A stretch of DNA of 64,000 bases from Epiperipatus broadwayi (Eukaryota; Animalia; Onychophora): the NCBI GenBank assembly GCA_028023455.1, contig JAQFVV010000007.1, positions 9,424,001-9,488,000 on the forward strand, given 5' to 3'. Shown in pieces: positions 38,001 to 51,599 of this stretch (positions within the stretch are counted from its first letter, which is position 1; the number at the start of each line of letters is the position of its first letter). The position numbers were made by a program, and so were the translations under genes. The notes under the pieces were generated by a model that made no database searches, had not been told where the DNA came from, and worked only from the letters and a program-made list of their open reading frames with translations.

Positions 38001-38720
38001 TATCATGAATATTTAATATTTTAATATCAGTAGTTCATGTATCATGTAAAAGACATTATCAAGTGCACATATAGTGAGAGAGTAATCTGAATTGTTGTTC
38101 TGGTGGCTAGTTGCAACATAATGAGAGTGGGGGAGTTATGATGAATGATGCATCTGAATATTTTGCTCTTATAAAGACTATAACTAGCATAATCACTTTT
38201 AAAAACACATTCACATTTGAATCTATCACAAAATGACAATTTGTATTACAAAAGAAAAGCAACAGTATTTACTAATATAGATACCCATTTACTAGCCAAT
38301 AGTGAATTGTAAGTAATATTTGAATATGGCCATTAATGTGAAAAAAATTTCAAACCTGTTAAAAAAAAATCAAATTTACTGAGCTTTGATTTGAACTCAA
38401 GTCAATGACATAGCAGGTAGGTTCATCATCATTGAACCACAAAACCCTTCCAAAATTTCATATACTGTAAATAATACTTTAAAAAGGATAAAGAAATATG
38501 TTTAATTATTTATAAGAAAAAAATAACTGTTTTATTCTAAAACATCCAAACTTACATTAATAACTGTTTTTAATCATCCTCATCAATAAAATTTTGTCCT
38601 ATAGATACATTCAGAGAGTAGTTCATTGCAAGTCCATTCATTTCTTGGATTTGTTCTCTTCATTGCCCAAATCTTCAATTCCACATATATCTTTCCATTT
38701 CTTACATTATCTAGCAAGAA

Positions 38721-38860
38721 CAGTTGTGAACTCTCCATATAGTAGTGCCATTTAGTGCAAGCTGTAGTAATCAATAGGAGGCATTACTGTATGGAGAGTT
38801 TGCTATTGTTTTAACAATCTGTCTAAACATAAAAAATGATGATTGTGTGATGTTTTGTGA
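38721..38860. mobile_element. Family F1 mini-palindrome (no ribozyme)
   Basis: gaactctccatatagtagtgcc... then ...cattactgtatggagagttt, then the reverse complement of the 6860-type segment. Confidence 0.7.
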
Positions 38861-38879
38861 TTTAATCAACTAGTAATGT

Positions 38880-39360
38880 TAATCTTTTTCATCTTTTTTT
38901 TTTGTTTCCATTCATCATTTCTTCCAAAGCATTTTCCTTAAACTATTTGTTCTTCTTAATATATGTCCAGTCCAATTACTATTTCTAATTTCTTCAATCA
39001 ATCTTTTTTTCATTTACTCTTTCCAAAGGCTTTTCATTTGTCATTTGATTCATCCAACTATATTTTTTTCATCCTTCTTCAATACCAGATCCCAATCTAT
39101 TCCTATTTTTTTTACTAATTGTCCATGTTTCACATCCAAGCAGTAGTACACTTTATATATGGCATTAATTATTATTTCCCTTAATTTTTTTTTTCAAAGA
39201 GCCACAACATATTTTTTTTAATTAAATGTCTCCTTGCTAATGCTATTCTTTTTTTAAGTTCATCTTCACTTCATCCATCCTCATTCTACCAACAATCCAA
39301 ATATCTAAATACCTATTGAACTATATTATCATTAATTTCAACTTATATACTCCCCATCTA
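38880..39360 (-). mobile_element. RTE-clade LINE 3' ORF remnant
   Basis: Minus frames give VFRYLDCW.NEDG.SEDELKKRIALAR, SVLLLGCETW and WTGHILRR. Confidence 0.7.
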
Positions 39361-40453
39361 TAAATACTTGGTTTTTAGTCATATAGAAAAAAAATCATAA
39401 TAAAATTACAGAAATTTTTTTTTTGAAGGATTATTTCTGCATTACATAAAATTTGTCATAGTTTGTTGGAGTAATAAGATTTATCCATTGTTTTGTCATG
39501 ATTTAAAGTATGGTTAAAAGAAAAATAATATAAATTTGATTAATAAATTATTCAATAATGTATTAATTTGATTTCCAAAATTAGAAATATAATCTATCAA
39601 AATGTATAGATGGAGATAGAACTGACAGCACATATTATATCTTAAGTTAATGCAGGTCAAGTTGCAATGTGGCTTACATCTGTCTGTATTCATTGTGGTG
39701 ATGTAATTAATAGTACATAAAAAAGGAAATCATTTTTATTTCTTACATAGTTTGAATAATGCTATATTTATGAATATTATACATTTGATTCATTTTTATT
39801 TACTTACTCTTAACTCTTATAAATCTGATATTTTATTTTGCTTCATTTGGTGAGCGTTTTTGAAAATGCTCAACCTTATAAATCTGTATAAAGTCTTTGT
39901 TTTGTATTAAAAAAACAATAAGTTGAACTAGTTCTATTTTTAATTTCATTTTATGAATGAATATTTTTAAAAATTACATTTGATTTTTTAAAACATTTAA
40001 AAATTGATTTGTAAATCAGAACAATGTACCATAAATGTCATTAAACTAAGTGTAAACATTCTTTCAGAAAAAGAATGAATTCTTTTTTATTTTATGTTTT
40101 TTTATGTGAATGAATGAGATAGATTTATGATAAATCTATCAAATTCCATTTTAAAATCTGATATTCACTTTATAATAATTACAATATTTGAAAAGATTTT
40201 AACACCAGATGAACAAGTTTGTTATCTTTTATTTCTAAAAATAAAAGTTAAATGAATAAAATGAAAATTTACATGTGTATTTTTTTTGCTCCAAAATAAT
40301 TATCAACTAATTAGTGTGTAAAAATAATCAAAAATATTATAAGAAAGCAAATATAATATTTTCTTTATTCCAAAATATTTGTGTAAGAACTAAACCAGAA
40401 AAAAGTCAATGCCCAGAAGGCATTTCCTTCTATTGCAAACAATGGAGGAATCT

Positions 40454-40745
40454 CACAGAGGCAAAATCTCTATACAGTAGCACCAGTCAGTACAAGCCAG
40501 AGTAATCAGTGAATGCAGAAAGGTTTGTGCATAAAATTTCCATCTAATGCCTACTCATCCAATATCTTCAGACTAGTTTCTAGCTTGTGGCTTTTATCAG
40601 TGAAGAGTCTTGGATCTGAGAGCACTGCACCTAGATCTTAGGATTGAATGCATCCTCCAGCAGCCCTCTTTTACTTTTTAGTTAAGTATACAGTTTTCAG
40701 TCCAAAATAAAACCACAATATTTTTAATTCAAGCTCATTTGCTAT
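40454..40745 (-). mobile_element. Family F1 copy without inversion
   Basis: Starts at the shared terminus cacagaggcaaaatctc and is colinear with 6452-6740. Confidence 0.85.
40565..40607 (-). ncRNA. Hammerhead (F1) with G8-to-A core change and compensatory stem substitutions
   Basis: Minus strand reads CTCTTCA CTGATAA A-AGC-CACAA-GCT-A GAAAC TA GTC TGAAGAT. Confidence 0.65.
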
Positions 40746-40749
40746 GGTT

Positions 40750-43700
40750 TGTATCTTGTGGATTTTTAGGGCTAGGATGTTTTACATACAGTTGAGTTGT
40801 TGCTTATACTATTGCTGCAGTATTGGAATCTCAAAGAGTTTCCAAGTGTCATCAAAGGTGTTGTTGGAGGAAAGCATTTGATCTCTTTTCTTTATTTTGG
40901 TAATGGTGTTGATGAAGGTGAGAGCTGGGTTTTAACTTGAAGCTCAATGGCTAGTTGACAGCAGACCAGCCATAATGGGAATGTGAGGAAAATGGCCAGT
41001 CAGATCCAGGTGAAGGTTTTTGTGCCTTGGCATCTTTGAATAGAGGTGATCATGTTGTAGTTTATTTTAGAGTTAGAGTGAATTAACTGTCTGATGCAGT
41101 TGAGCTTAGAGCATATGTTAATGATATGGTCGATTGTTCCCTCCTCTTGCTGACTGAACTGACATTGGGGATCCAGATTGCCATGGCCTCTTCTGTATAC
41201 TAGAAACCATCTAGTGGTGGGTGCATTTAGGTTTAACTATATCACAAAGGCAAGATATTTGGCTTCCAGACTCCAGAGCCTAAATTGGAAGATGATTTTT
41301 GTTTGTTGTTTTAAGCCTGCAATCCTGTTCTTGGCTGCATGGGTGTTGTAGGCTATGGGCTTCCCAGTAAGTTATTTTTGAATTGTATGAGGGCAGATTT
41401 GTTTTAGTTAGGTTGGAATAGTACACTGAGAGGGATAAGATCCAGTCCTGTTTATGTGGTAGTGATCAATTTGGGGGGGAGGGGGGGATTATTGGAGCAA
41501 ATTGTAGATTGTTGAAAGTTTGTGGATGAAATTATGAATTTTTTGGAGGGTGAATGTTGTGACTGCAGAGACAATCTGTTGAGCCCATATGGATAGCACA
41601 TCCCTCCAATGTTAATGGTGACTGTCTTACCACTTGAAAAATTTTTAGAGCACATTGAGTTAAGTTTGTTTTCAAATTTTTTTGTTAATTTAATGATGGG
41701 TAGGTAATAGTTGACTTTAGAAAAAAGGACTTTGTTCAATAGGGTTACCTTTCTATGCAGTAAAAGGTATATTTTGGAGAAAGATGTTGTTAATTTATTA
41801 GCCGAATTTAATATGTCATTTTGAATTAGTGTAGTAATGGCAGCTGGGACTTTATAAAATGGTATTCCAAGGAAGTTTTGCGGCTCACCAAGAAAAGTGC
41901 TGTTGATTCTTTTTTCAGTTGCAATTTTCCATGTTTCTGATTTTTGGAGGTTAAAGGTAAGTTTATATGGAGAAGTGTATTTGGTTAGGATGTGGTAGAG
42001 GAGAGGAAAGTATTTGTGCAAAGGTAATATTATGAATATATTATCCATGTATGCTAGTCCTCCTATCTCCTTCTTTAGACAGGGCACATAGATACCAGGA
42101 AGCTGCCTTTGTATGCTGCAAATAGGAGAGCACTAATGGAAGAGCATAGAGCATAGATTTGAAGCTACTGGAAGTGTTCCCATTTAGCGATATTATTATT
42201 TGGCAATTAGACAGGACACGTAGATACCAGGAAGCTGCCTTTGTATACTACAAATATGAGAGCACTAAGGGGAGAGCATAGTAGAATGAAGAGCATAGAT
42301 TTGAAGATCTGGAAGTGTTCCTATTTAGAGATATTATTATTTGGCAATTACTGAGCAGGTTGTCAATGATTTGGAGGAAGGGTTTGGAGATGAAGTTTTC
42401 TGCTAGCATTTTGAGGATAATGTTGGTCCCCTGACAGAATCATATGCTACAGCTATGTCAAGTTGTATAGCAATTGGTTTTGACTTTCTGTAAGTCCTAA
42501 GGTAGTCAACAAGGGTTTTTACTTAGGCTGTGGCTAGGATAGTGGATGAGCCCTTTTTGCATATTGTGCATTGGAAATGTGTTTTAGTATGCATTCTTGG
42601 ATTGAGTCTTTTATAATGAACTCTATGATTTTATCATGAAGGGGTCACTGAAATTGGTCAGAGACTTGTAAGTTCTGTTGAAGGTTTGTTCTTTTTGAGG
42701 AAGGGAACCATGGCTATAGGGTAGAGGTTTGGAATGTTTTTCCTACCCTCAGCCAGATAGCCAATCATTTGTGCATTAATTGGAATAAAAAACTGGCTAG
42801 GGTGGGAGATGAGAAAATGAGGAATGCCTGGGTAGATTCTGTCTGGAAGTGATGCTAATTTGTTGTGTATTATTTTCTGTGTGATATTGTGAGGGTATGC
42901 AGTTTCGGGTTCATTCCAAGTGGGGTTGTTGGTGGTTCTGGCTCAGCTTGTAGGGAGTCTTGAAAGTGTTGCTTCATTCCCTCTATCATTTGCAGTCCAA
43001 TCCAGGATTGACCTTTGTGAGTGATCATGGACAGTACATTTTTGTGGTTCCAAGAGCCCAGCAAATGTATCCTCAAGTCCAACAGTGCTGAGACTCCAGG
43101 TATAGCTTAGCTTTTTGATGGAGACATATTTGGCAAGTTTTATTTGTTTACTTTTGTATTAAAGTTTGAGTGCTATTATGTTTTTGCTGTTGGATGCATT
43201 ACTTGAGATTTCACTGAGTTTGGTATTTATTTCCATTAAATCTCACAGTAATCTTACTGGACCTTTGAGTTTCCAAGTGTAATTGCTAATTAGAGATAGC
43301 AGGATCTCAATGAGCAAAAACCAAGCAACCTCTATGGGAGTTATTAAGATGTTTATTTTGTGGAAGTAAATGTAAGCTTTGGAGATGATAGCTTCTGTTG
43401 CTGTTGTGAGTGTGATCATACATATTGTCTGTGAACTGGATTATCTGGTGGACAAAGACTTGTCTGGTGTGATATTGATGAGTTGTGCAAGGTGAACTGA
43501 GAAGGATGTGACTTGTAGATTTGCTTCAATTTGAAAATGTAGCTCCAGAGAGTAGTAGATCAATCAGAGATCTATTATTTTGAGTATAGAAGGCGAAATA
43601 TCTTGGGGGTAGAAATTCCTTCCTGCACATGAGTGTTTTGTTAATTAGTGTAGATATTTGTTGTTGAAGTTGGTGTAATTGATGTTAAAGTCACCAAGAA

Positions 43701-45400
43701 GAAGAATAGGGGCTGGGTTAGAGTGTAAGACCACATTGATTGTCTGAACTATGTAGTGGTAGTTGGTGGTTTAGTTCTGGGTATAAATGAATACAATGTT
43801 TAAAATAAAATTGTTATATTTAACTTTGATTATCATTATGTTATTATCAAGATACAGGATATTAAAGTCATTTGGTGGTGTTTTCCTATTGATAATAATA
43901 CCTATCCCTCTGGAGGCTGTGAGAGCTGTGTAGAATTTTAGAAAGCCATAGTTGCCAAGCTTTTCAGTAATTGTGTAGTTTGGTTTACATGGTATTTAAT
44001 TTCTGCCATCAGGAATATGTGAGGAGAGTTGGAGTTTATCCAGTGCCTTATGGCATGTATGCATTGGGGAGAGTTAAAGCCTCTCATGTTAAAGCTTACT
44101 ATTTTAAGTGACATAATTGGTGTGTATTTTTCTTGGAGAGTTATACAAGTCTTCTGTGCATTACTTAAGAATTTGTTTGTGGATGTTACTGTTCTTGGAG
44201 TGGTGGGGACCAATCTGCTTATGGGATCATTTGATTTATTTGTATAGGCATTTTCAGGAAGTGCGACTTTTTCTTGGCTACTAGGTAAGTTGATGTGGGA
44301 TTTTTTATCCTATGTGGAGTATGTGTCATTTTCTATGAGCTCTGTTTTGTGTATTGGCTGTTCTTTCTTTTCAGGGGATGACATGCTTTCTTTCCTTCTC
44401 TTATTGTTGTTATTTTTGGGTGGAGAAGGGTGAATGGGTAGGATAGATTTTGTATTTTTTGGGTTGATGTATATGTCTTCATCTGAGCTTGGACTGCTGG
44501 AGAGGTTGTGTTTTTTCTTATTGTGTTTTCTCTTTTGGCTTTTATCCTAGGTTGGATGTTGCTAGAACATTGTTTGGCTTTGAGTTAGATGTGTTTTGTT
44601 GGTAAATTATTGTGTCTTCAGAATCTGTGACACTTTCTTCATTGGAATCATTATGGTTGTGTGCTGAAGTTGTGATATTTTCATCATTATTAGTTTGACA
44701 TTGCTGATCTGGAGTGTTTAGTATATTTAGGTTGTAAGTATTTGAATTTAGTTGGATTGAGAAGTTGGGTATGAGTGGGTCACTGGTGAGATTGAGTAGT
44801 ATGTTTATTGTTTTGGTGATTGGTAGTGTTATATCCATTGGCTTGTGTTGTTGTGGAAAATGCATGTTAGTTGGGCTTAAGATGTTGTTATAGATTGCAC
44901 TGGTTTGAGTTCTGCTTTTTATGTCTAATGATTGGGTTGTTTCTGGATTTTGTTGAGATTTGTTTGGTTTTGTGTTTTCTGTATGCATGGTTTCAAGCTG
45001 GATTAGGTTATCAACGATCACCTTTGTTGTTGTTTTCTTTGATTTTGTGGATTTCTTGAAATATTTGTGAATCTTGTTTTTCTTGGATCTGGAGTTTTTG
45101 CAGATCCTTGCGGGACAGTACTTGATTAGGTGAGAGCATTCAAGGCATTAAAAGAACTGGTGGGATGCCACAGAATGATATTACCATTGGGGATCCACAT
45201 GCATGAACTACAGTAGTAATGCCTGTGGAGCTGACTCCATTCTTCAGGGTGACGGTGAATGTGGCTGTGTTAGTTGGAGTGAGGTTATTTGTTGTTTGAT
45301 CATATAAGTATTGAAATTTCCCAATTTTGCCATATTTATTGAGCAATGGATCTGTAGGCCGGATCCACGCTTCACATCTTTCTACATTGCTAGATTAGGA
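40750..45400 (-). mobile_element. Near full-length decayed L1/Tx1-clade LINE (ORF1 gag-like + ORF2 APE-RT)
   Basis: ORF1 remnants (LNKYGKIGKFQYLYD, knuckle-like HLIKYCP, low-complexity tail). APE motifs IVSFNMRGFNS, MAEIK, SRGIGIII, LLLGDFN. RT motifs IQLDIAVAYDSV and GGLAYMDNI. Many stops and frameshifts. Confidence 0.85.
42077..42350. repeat. ~132-bp direct tandem duplication inside the LINE RT
   Basis: agacagggcacatagataccaggaagctgcc... at 42077 recurs at 42209 with several substitutions and a short indel. Confidence 0.9.
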
Positions 45401-46859
45401 TCAAACCAGATCCACGTGTGTTACGATGTTTATAAAACTTTCCATCTGCCATTTTATATACATTTAAATTTTAGTCCAACAAATAAATGATTAAAAATAT
45501 CAATTTTCTATTTAAAATGTTTTATTATAAATATTGGAGGAGTCCAGATATATATATATATTGTGCCAAGGCCAATTTGGCACATGTATATAAAATAATT
45601 TTGTCTAAAAAAATTATTAAAATAAAAAAAATCTTCTGTAAAAGAGTTGAAATAAAAGTTGAAAAATAATTGATTAAAAGTGGGAAGGGTTTTTTATTAA
45701 AGTTAAACTAAAGGTTTTATAAAAAGGAAGTAAAGAGTTTATTATTATTAGTTGAAATACAATTTAAAAGGTTTAATGAAAATATATAAATCTCTATTTA
45801 AATTAAAAAAGAAAAATAATCTTAAAACTATTTTTGATTTTAGAATAGTAAAATATATATGTGCGTGCGAATGTAAATAAATGTAAGCTGTTAAAAAGAG
45901 ATATAATAAATGCGTGTTAAAATCGTATTGAAAAACATATGAAAATAAATATTGAAATGAAATATATTTAAAAACACAGCGGTGGGCTACTAATTAAAGA
46001 TATAAAAAAACAATACGTTTATGAAAGCTACTACTAATTAAACAATCGTCAAAAACATGTTGTCATAGGATTAATTACCAATGGAATTCGACAACAGATA
46101 TTTGCCGGAGGATATTACACGGACAACACGTCGCAGGTATAGACTTTTTTTTATTAGACAATTAATTGAGAGAGTTTTTTTAGTCTAGTTTGCAGTGACA
46201 GTCTTGTTCCAGTTCAGACAACAGTGCAATTTCTATTATGTATACAGAAACAAAAATGCATTGTTGAGCAGCTTTTGGAAATATACCCTCGTGCTTCAGC
46301 CTTTTAGTCCAACAAGATCATCAAAACCTGCCTGTGAAATAATGTCTGCATAACAACTCAGAAATCCTCCGTCAAATGTTCAACTGTCTCCAAGAATAAA
46401 ACCAATGGATTAGCATAAAATCTTTTCAATAAACGTCAAAATCTAACCGGTTAGATATAATCCATCAGAAGCAGCCAACAACAAGCAATATCCACGTTCC
46501 CAAAAATCCTAGGTAAACATTTATTTATTATCATTTATACGTAGTAGCCACCACTGTAATTCGTAAAAATTCAAGATTCAAATTATATAAACTCTATAAG
46601 CATGCATAAAATGAACTATTGATGTGCGTGTTTGTCAATGTTAGATAATTTAAATGTCAAAGATTATTTTTGCTCTTTCATAAAATATATCATAGTATGT
46701 TAACTTAAAATGTGTGTGTGTTATTTATAGATTTATAAAAATGTTTATCATTAGTAAATGTTAGTTAATAAATTGTCTTTAAAATTAAACTTTATTCGTC
46801 GGTCAATTCTTTTTATCAATTCTTTTTCTATATTTTATTACTGATCAAAATTAGACTGG

Positions 46860-47040
46860 GTTAGTTTATGTGATGATTTCGAGCGCTGGATTATGAGCCT
46901 ACTGACCAAATATGTTGTTTATTCTTCTGAATAGATAGCTGGCACCTGGAGTTTACTCTGAAACAAATAAAGTGTTTGGATAGTAGGGGTTTGAATCTAG
47001 CAACCGAGGTGGGTCATTGTTGATAGTTAGTCTATCAATA
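46860..47040 (-). mobile_element. tRNA-derived SINE-like copy
   Basis: B-box-like gattcaaacccc on the minus strand, and shared ttcgagcgctgg with 33110. Confidence 0.4.
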
Positions 47041-47479
47041 AGATCTCCCATTTTGCTCGAACGTGCTGGTTCATTCACATAACATTTATAAGATTATAAA
47101 TGTATTATGAAGGAGTTTGAAACCAGCCAAAACTTATATATATATGTATAAGTATGTGGTTTCGGTAGTTTAACCCGGTACAATATATATATAATTGCAG
47201 ATGGAAACTTTTATAAAAATCAATAAATAAATTTTAATATGCTATTTTTTTTTTAAGTATTTTTTTCTGGAAATTTGCTTCCATGATAAACCCTACTAAC
47301 ATTCCTTAGCATCAAACAAAAGAAAATCCATTAACAAAATGGTAATGTAATTTTCTAATTAAAGTAAAATTAAAATGGAAAAAAGATTTGAAACATAAAT
47401 TCTTAAAATCTAAAATTAATTAAAAATAGATTTGAAATAATAAATCATTGGGTTTATCGGGTGAGTGGATCTCAAGAAT

Positions 47480-47940
47480 ACAATGCAAATATACTTTAGG
47501 TTGATAATTGTGGTCACCGGAATTTCAACATAGCCACTAAGCCTTAAACAAATGAAACAGAGAATTTTCCAAAAATAGTCAGAAAAGGGTATAGCCCAGG
47601 AGAACAATAGAGGTCAGCCAGTCATAGTTTTTGTCAGTGAGTGCATGGCAAATCCATGTTGGTCAAATTTTTAAATAATTATAGAGATGTCTGGAAGCAT
47701 GGTAGTTGAATAGACAGCTTTTAACCTCCCTGTCTTCCTGCTATCCCAAAGATGATCGTCAAATACCATATGCTGGAAAAACTTTGTCAAAATGTGTAAT
47801 TGTGGACTGCTGAACTTTGAACTCTCATGTTAAAATACATAGTTAGCTATGCCTGTGCGGAAATTCGTATTTCATCATAGGATCCAAACTTTCACAAGGA
47901 CTCAGAATAAATTAGGTAATATGTTCCCAACTCGTTTTAT
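47480..47940 (-). mobile_element. Decayed mariner transposase fragment
   Basis: Minus frames give KFFQHMVFDDHLWDSRKTGRL (like SLED..RSGRP) and WICHALTDKNYDWLTSI (like WVPHELTEKN), followed by an SGD remnant. Confidence 0.55.
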
Positions 47941-49599
47941 TTCTAACCACCTAATTTATTTTTAAAAACTCCAGTTGACCCAATAATGTAATTTTTGCTA
48001 CTTTTAATGTCTTCTAAAGTGAAATCCCCTTAATGTAATATAACTGTTTAACTAAAATTCTGTAAATTTTACTTGCTATCACTTTAAATCTAATGTCTTT
48101 ATTCTCATTCTGTCTTTCTTAAAGTTATGCCTCTTAATGCTAAACTTTCTTTTAATGTGGTTTAGAAAATATTATTATTATTTACTTAAATGAAGTGAAT
48201 ATATGCCAATTTGTTCCATCTTGACAAAAGTTTTATATAATTAAATATTTTGCTTCCTATTTCCCGACCAACGTTTGTTGGTAAATAAAATTAATAACTC
48301 TCCAACTCTGAATGATTAATAATTGGAGCAACCTTAGTTTTGTCGAGATGAAACCATTTTATATTATTATGTGTTTTGAAATATTTATGCGTACACAGTT
48401 TAGCTGTGGGGGAGACATTAGATTCAAGCATGAGATTTTGTTTAGTTATATTATTTCACTTTTAAAGAGTGAAAGGGAGGGGATTTAGAAAGGTATTCAT
48501 TCTAAATAGTAAAAGAGAGTAATAAAATGTTAATTGAAATATTAGTGGGATTTTTGTTTTAAAGGGAAAGACGTGTCGGCCATAAAATGATATTCGTAAT
48601 AGTATTTAATGCTTATTTATTTTATGTTGTTCCAATCATGGTCAATCCATACAACATTTGTGTAATCTTTAGCTCAGTACAATTTTATATTTAAATTTTA
48701 AAAATATATTCTCCAGCACTCATATTTTGCCTTGCCAGCATTTTGCATGATTACTTGTCTTTTGTTCTTTGTGATCGCTAGATCAGAATTAAACCACATG
48801 ATAATTTCACTGGCCATGAATTTTTTTATTAGGATATAAAAGACAAAATGGGAAGAACTGGGGCAAGCTGAGCTTAGCTAGCCTTGGTGATTCTTATCCT
48901 TTCATCTGAAATATTTTAGGTTTGCTAATGATGCAGACCATTCGTTTTATTTTTTGGCATCACTGGAAGGGGCAGGTGAATTGAGTCTATGCTGGTAATG
49001 TAATGTCAAATGCTGGGGCTGTCTACTTTCTTTTGTTCTGAGCACATCATAGTGGATTGACTATGATCTGATTAATTTATGTGTTTTACAGTCTTAAAAT
49101 ATTTATTCGTGAATATCGCGATCGGTTTATATTTTAAACATGTCACGCTCTTCGGGACCAATTCCTTAAATATGATTTAATTATTTCTCTCTTGAAAATA
49201 ATTTCACTTGTCATAAAGTTATATTTAAAGTGGGGCTATTTAATATTTGTTTCGTTTATCTCAGACTTGAGTGGGCGTCTTCCGTAAAACTCTAATCATT
49301 TACATTTATTAAATTGGCATATGAAATATACTGCTCTCTTACTCGAGGCATAATTAATGATGGAATAAAAATGTATGTTAACTAATTTATGAAATAAAAA
49401 TAGAGAGACATTAGATGTGTTATAAAAATGTTTTATTAAATACATATGTGAATTCAAACTACCTGTGGTTCCTCTCTATTCATTTCATTCTGAAATTAGT
49501 TTTTCTAATTAATTATTGTGCTGCTATCTGATGACTCAATGTCACATACATACCATTCCTATATTTAAGTTACTGGAGAGGTTTAATTAGAATTAATAT

Positions 49600-50870
49600 T
49601 AGAATTAGACATTCGAATTGGTTGAGGCTCATGCTCCACCATTGATAGTACTGGGAGAGTGTGGAAAAGATTAATTGCTTGCCTCAAAAATGTTAATTAG
49701 GTGTCAGATTTAGAGAGTGGGTAAACAGGGCAGAATCCATAAGTATTCTTTATCTTTGATCTTGCATACAGTTGGATTCAAGATACTTTTACCCAGGCTG
49801 TGAATCGTGTTGAGTTAACATACAATTTCAACCGGTATATTATCAAGTATGAACTGTAGTTCACTGTGATTGAAATTCATAATACAGTTCTTATGATGCC
49901 GTGTAGTGTGGTAGATCTGTTGTTATCAATTGTTATTATATATTTATCATCAAGGGCTCGGATTGTGTTTTTGAAGGTGTTCCCCCCTCCCCATGTTTTG
50001 AATTCTGTTATTATGTATCTGTCATTGGGGTGTGTGAGAATTCTGTTAATGCTTGTTGCAATGTTTTTTTCCATTATCGTATTTATAAAATTCTCAAGCA
50101 GGAATTTGAAGGGATTGCCATTTAAGTCTGTTGTTGTAAGGATGAGTGTTTTATCATTGGTGTAGTTTATTAAAGATTTCAGTAATTTATCTGGAACAGA
50201 ATTGTTGAATTTTGTTTGTATGTCTTGGTAGGTTTCTTTATTATCCTGTATTGGGTTTGTGTTTCTAAAATTGTTTATATTTCAGATGTCTTCTTCTGTG
50301 TCTAGATTAATAATGCTTAGTAATGGGATATTGTCTAGATTAGGGTTTAGTTCATTTTGGGAAGAGGGAAATGATATATGATAAAGTGTTACTGCATAAG
50401 ATTTCTTTGCTTTTGGTGAGTTTTGTATTTCCATTTTATTTTCATTCTGAAATTGTTTTGTATGATCCGTTTTTGTTTGTTTAGTATCTGTAGATTTCCC
50501 ACGATAGGACTGTTTTGTAGCGTTTTTGTTTATCGTTTGATTTGCAGCAGAATCGGTGTTAAAATTGCTGTTAGAGTTTGTTTTAGACTTTGAACTTATT
50601 GGTTTAGTTAGGTTATAGTCTAAGAGAAGTAGATCTGTTGTTATGTGTTGATATTTGTTTTTATTTTTGCTTGGGGAATGTCCGTGGTTAATGTGTACAT
50701 CATTAACGTTATTTTCTTGATTTGTGCCTTCTTGCGATTTTGTAAAATAATTATTGGTTAAACTTTGAGAATTAATATCTCTGCTATCTGACGCGTCTAA
50801 GTCAAAATTTTTCTGTTGATAATTAAGAGTTTTTGATTCTGAATGTAATTCTTTTAGTTCCAAAGCCTAG
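49600..50870 (-). mobile_element. LINE ORF1-like remnant
   Basis: A long N/S/T/K-rich low-complexity frame followed by LDNIPVEI...SLGKSIL; composition resembles ORF1 of the 40.7-45.4 kb element. Confidence 0.35.
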
Positions 50871-50989
50871 GACTAATATTATATTTTTTATGAATTAATT
50901 TGTGATGTGATGTGATATATTGTGGCTTCTCCTTAAACGAAGTCAAGAATATCTCAGCAATTATGCCCAGATAAACCTGTTAACCACTT

Positions 50990-51280
50990 TATTTTCTATT
51001 CCCACTCTAAATTTTTCCATATTCTGCTCCATCCCATTTCCACAACATAATCTTTGTCAAACTCTATAACCTTTATATCTAAATCCCCTTTATCTTTTCC
51101 CAAACCCAGCATAAAAACCAATAATTCACTTTCTCTATAATCACTTTTTTCATATTTATTCTTCCATAACTTCATTATATGTACCCTTTCTGTTTTCAAG
51201 CATTTACATTCAATTAGCAAATGCCTAATATTTTCTATTCCTTTCTTACATAATTTACAAAATAAATCACCCATTTTTTC
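50990..51280 (-). mobile_element. Non-LTR ORF2 C-terminal zinc-binding (zf-RVT-like) fragment
   Basis: CKLCKKGIENIRHLLIEC matches the CxxC...E...HL..C motif. Confidence 0.65.
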
Positions 51281-51599
51281 CCATTTACATGTATATTTTC
51301 TTGCAGATTTTTAAAACCGTTTTCGCTATTTACGATACTTTCAAAGTTCGAATTTGCTTTTTTGAACTCAGTTTTCTTTGTTATTTATTTATTTGTAAAT
51401 AGAATACTTATATCCTTTCGAAAAGTGCTATATTTAATTTTGTGCATTTCAGTATAATTATATTCAGATTTATTACAAAATGACACTATTGAACATTTGT
51501 CCACATTAATCAACATTTTATTTTCTCTACACTAGCAATAAAATTTATTAATACCATTTTCACTATACCAAACAAAAAAAATTATAAACATAATTTTGT

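Noticed and set aside
47416-47607. GPCR-like NPMIYY motif in a short ORF
   Set aside because: No other transmembrane signatures in frame; overlapping frames fit a mariner transposase remnant better.
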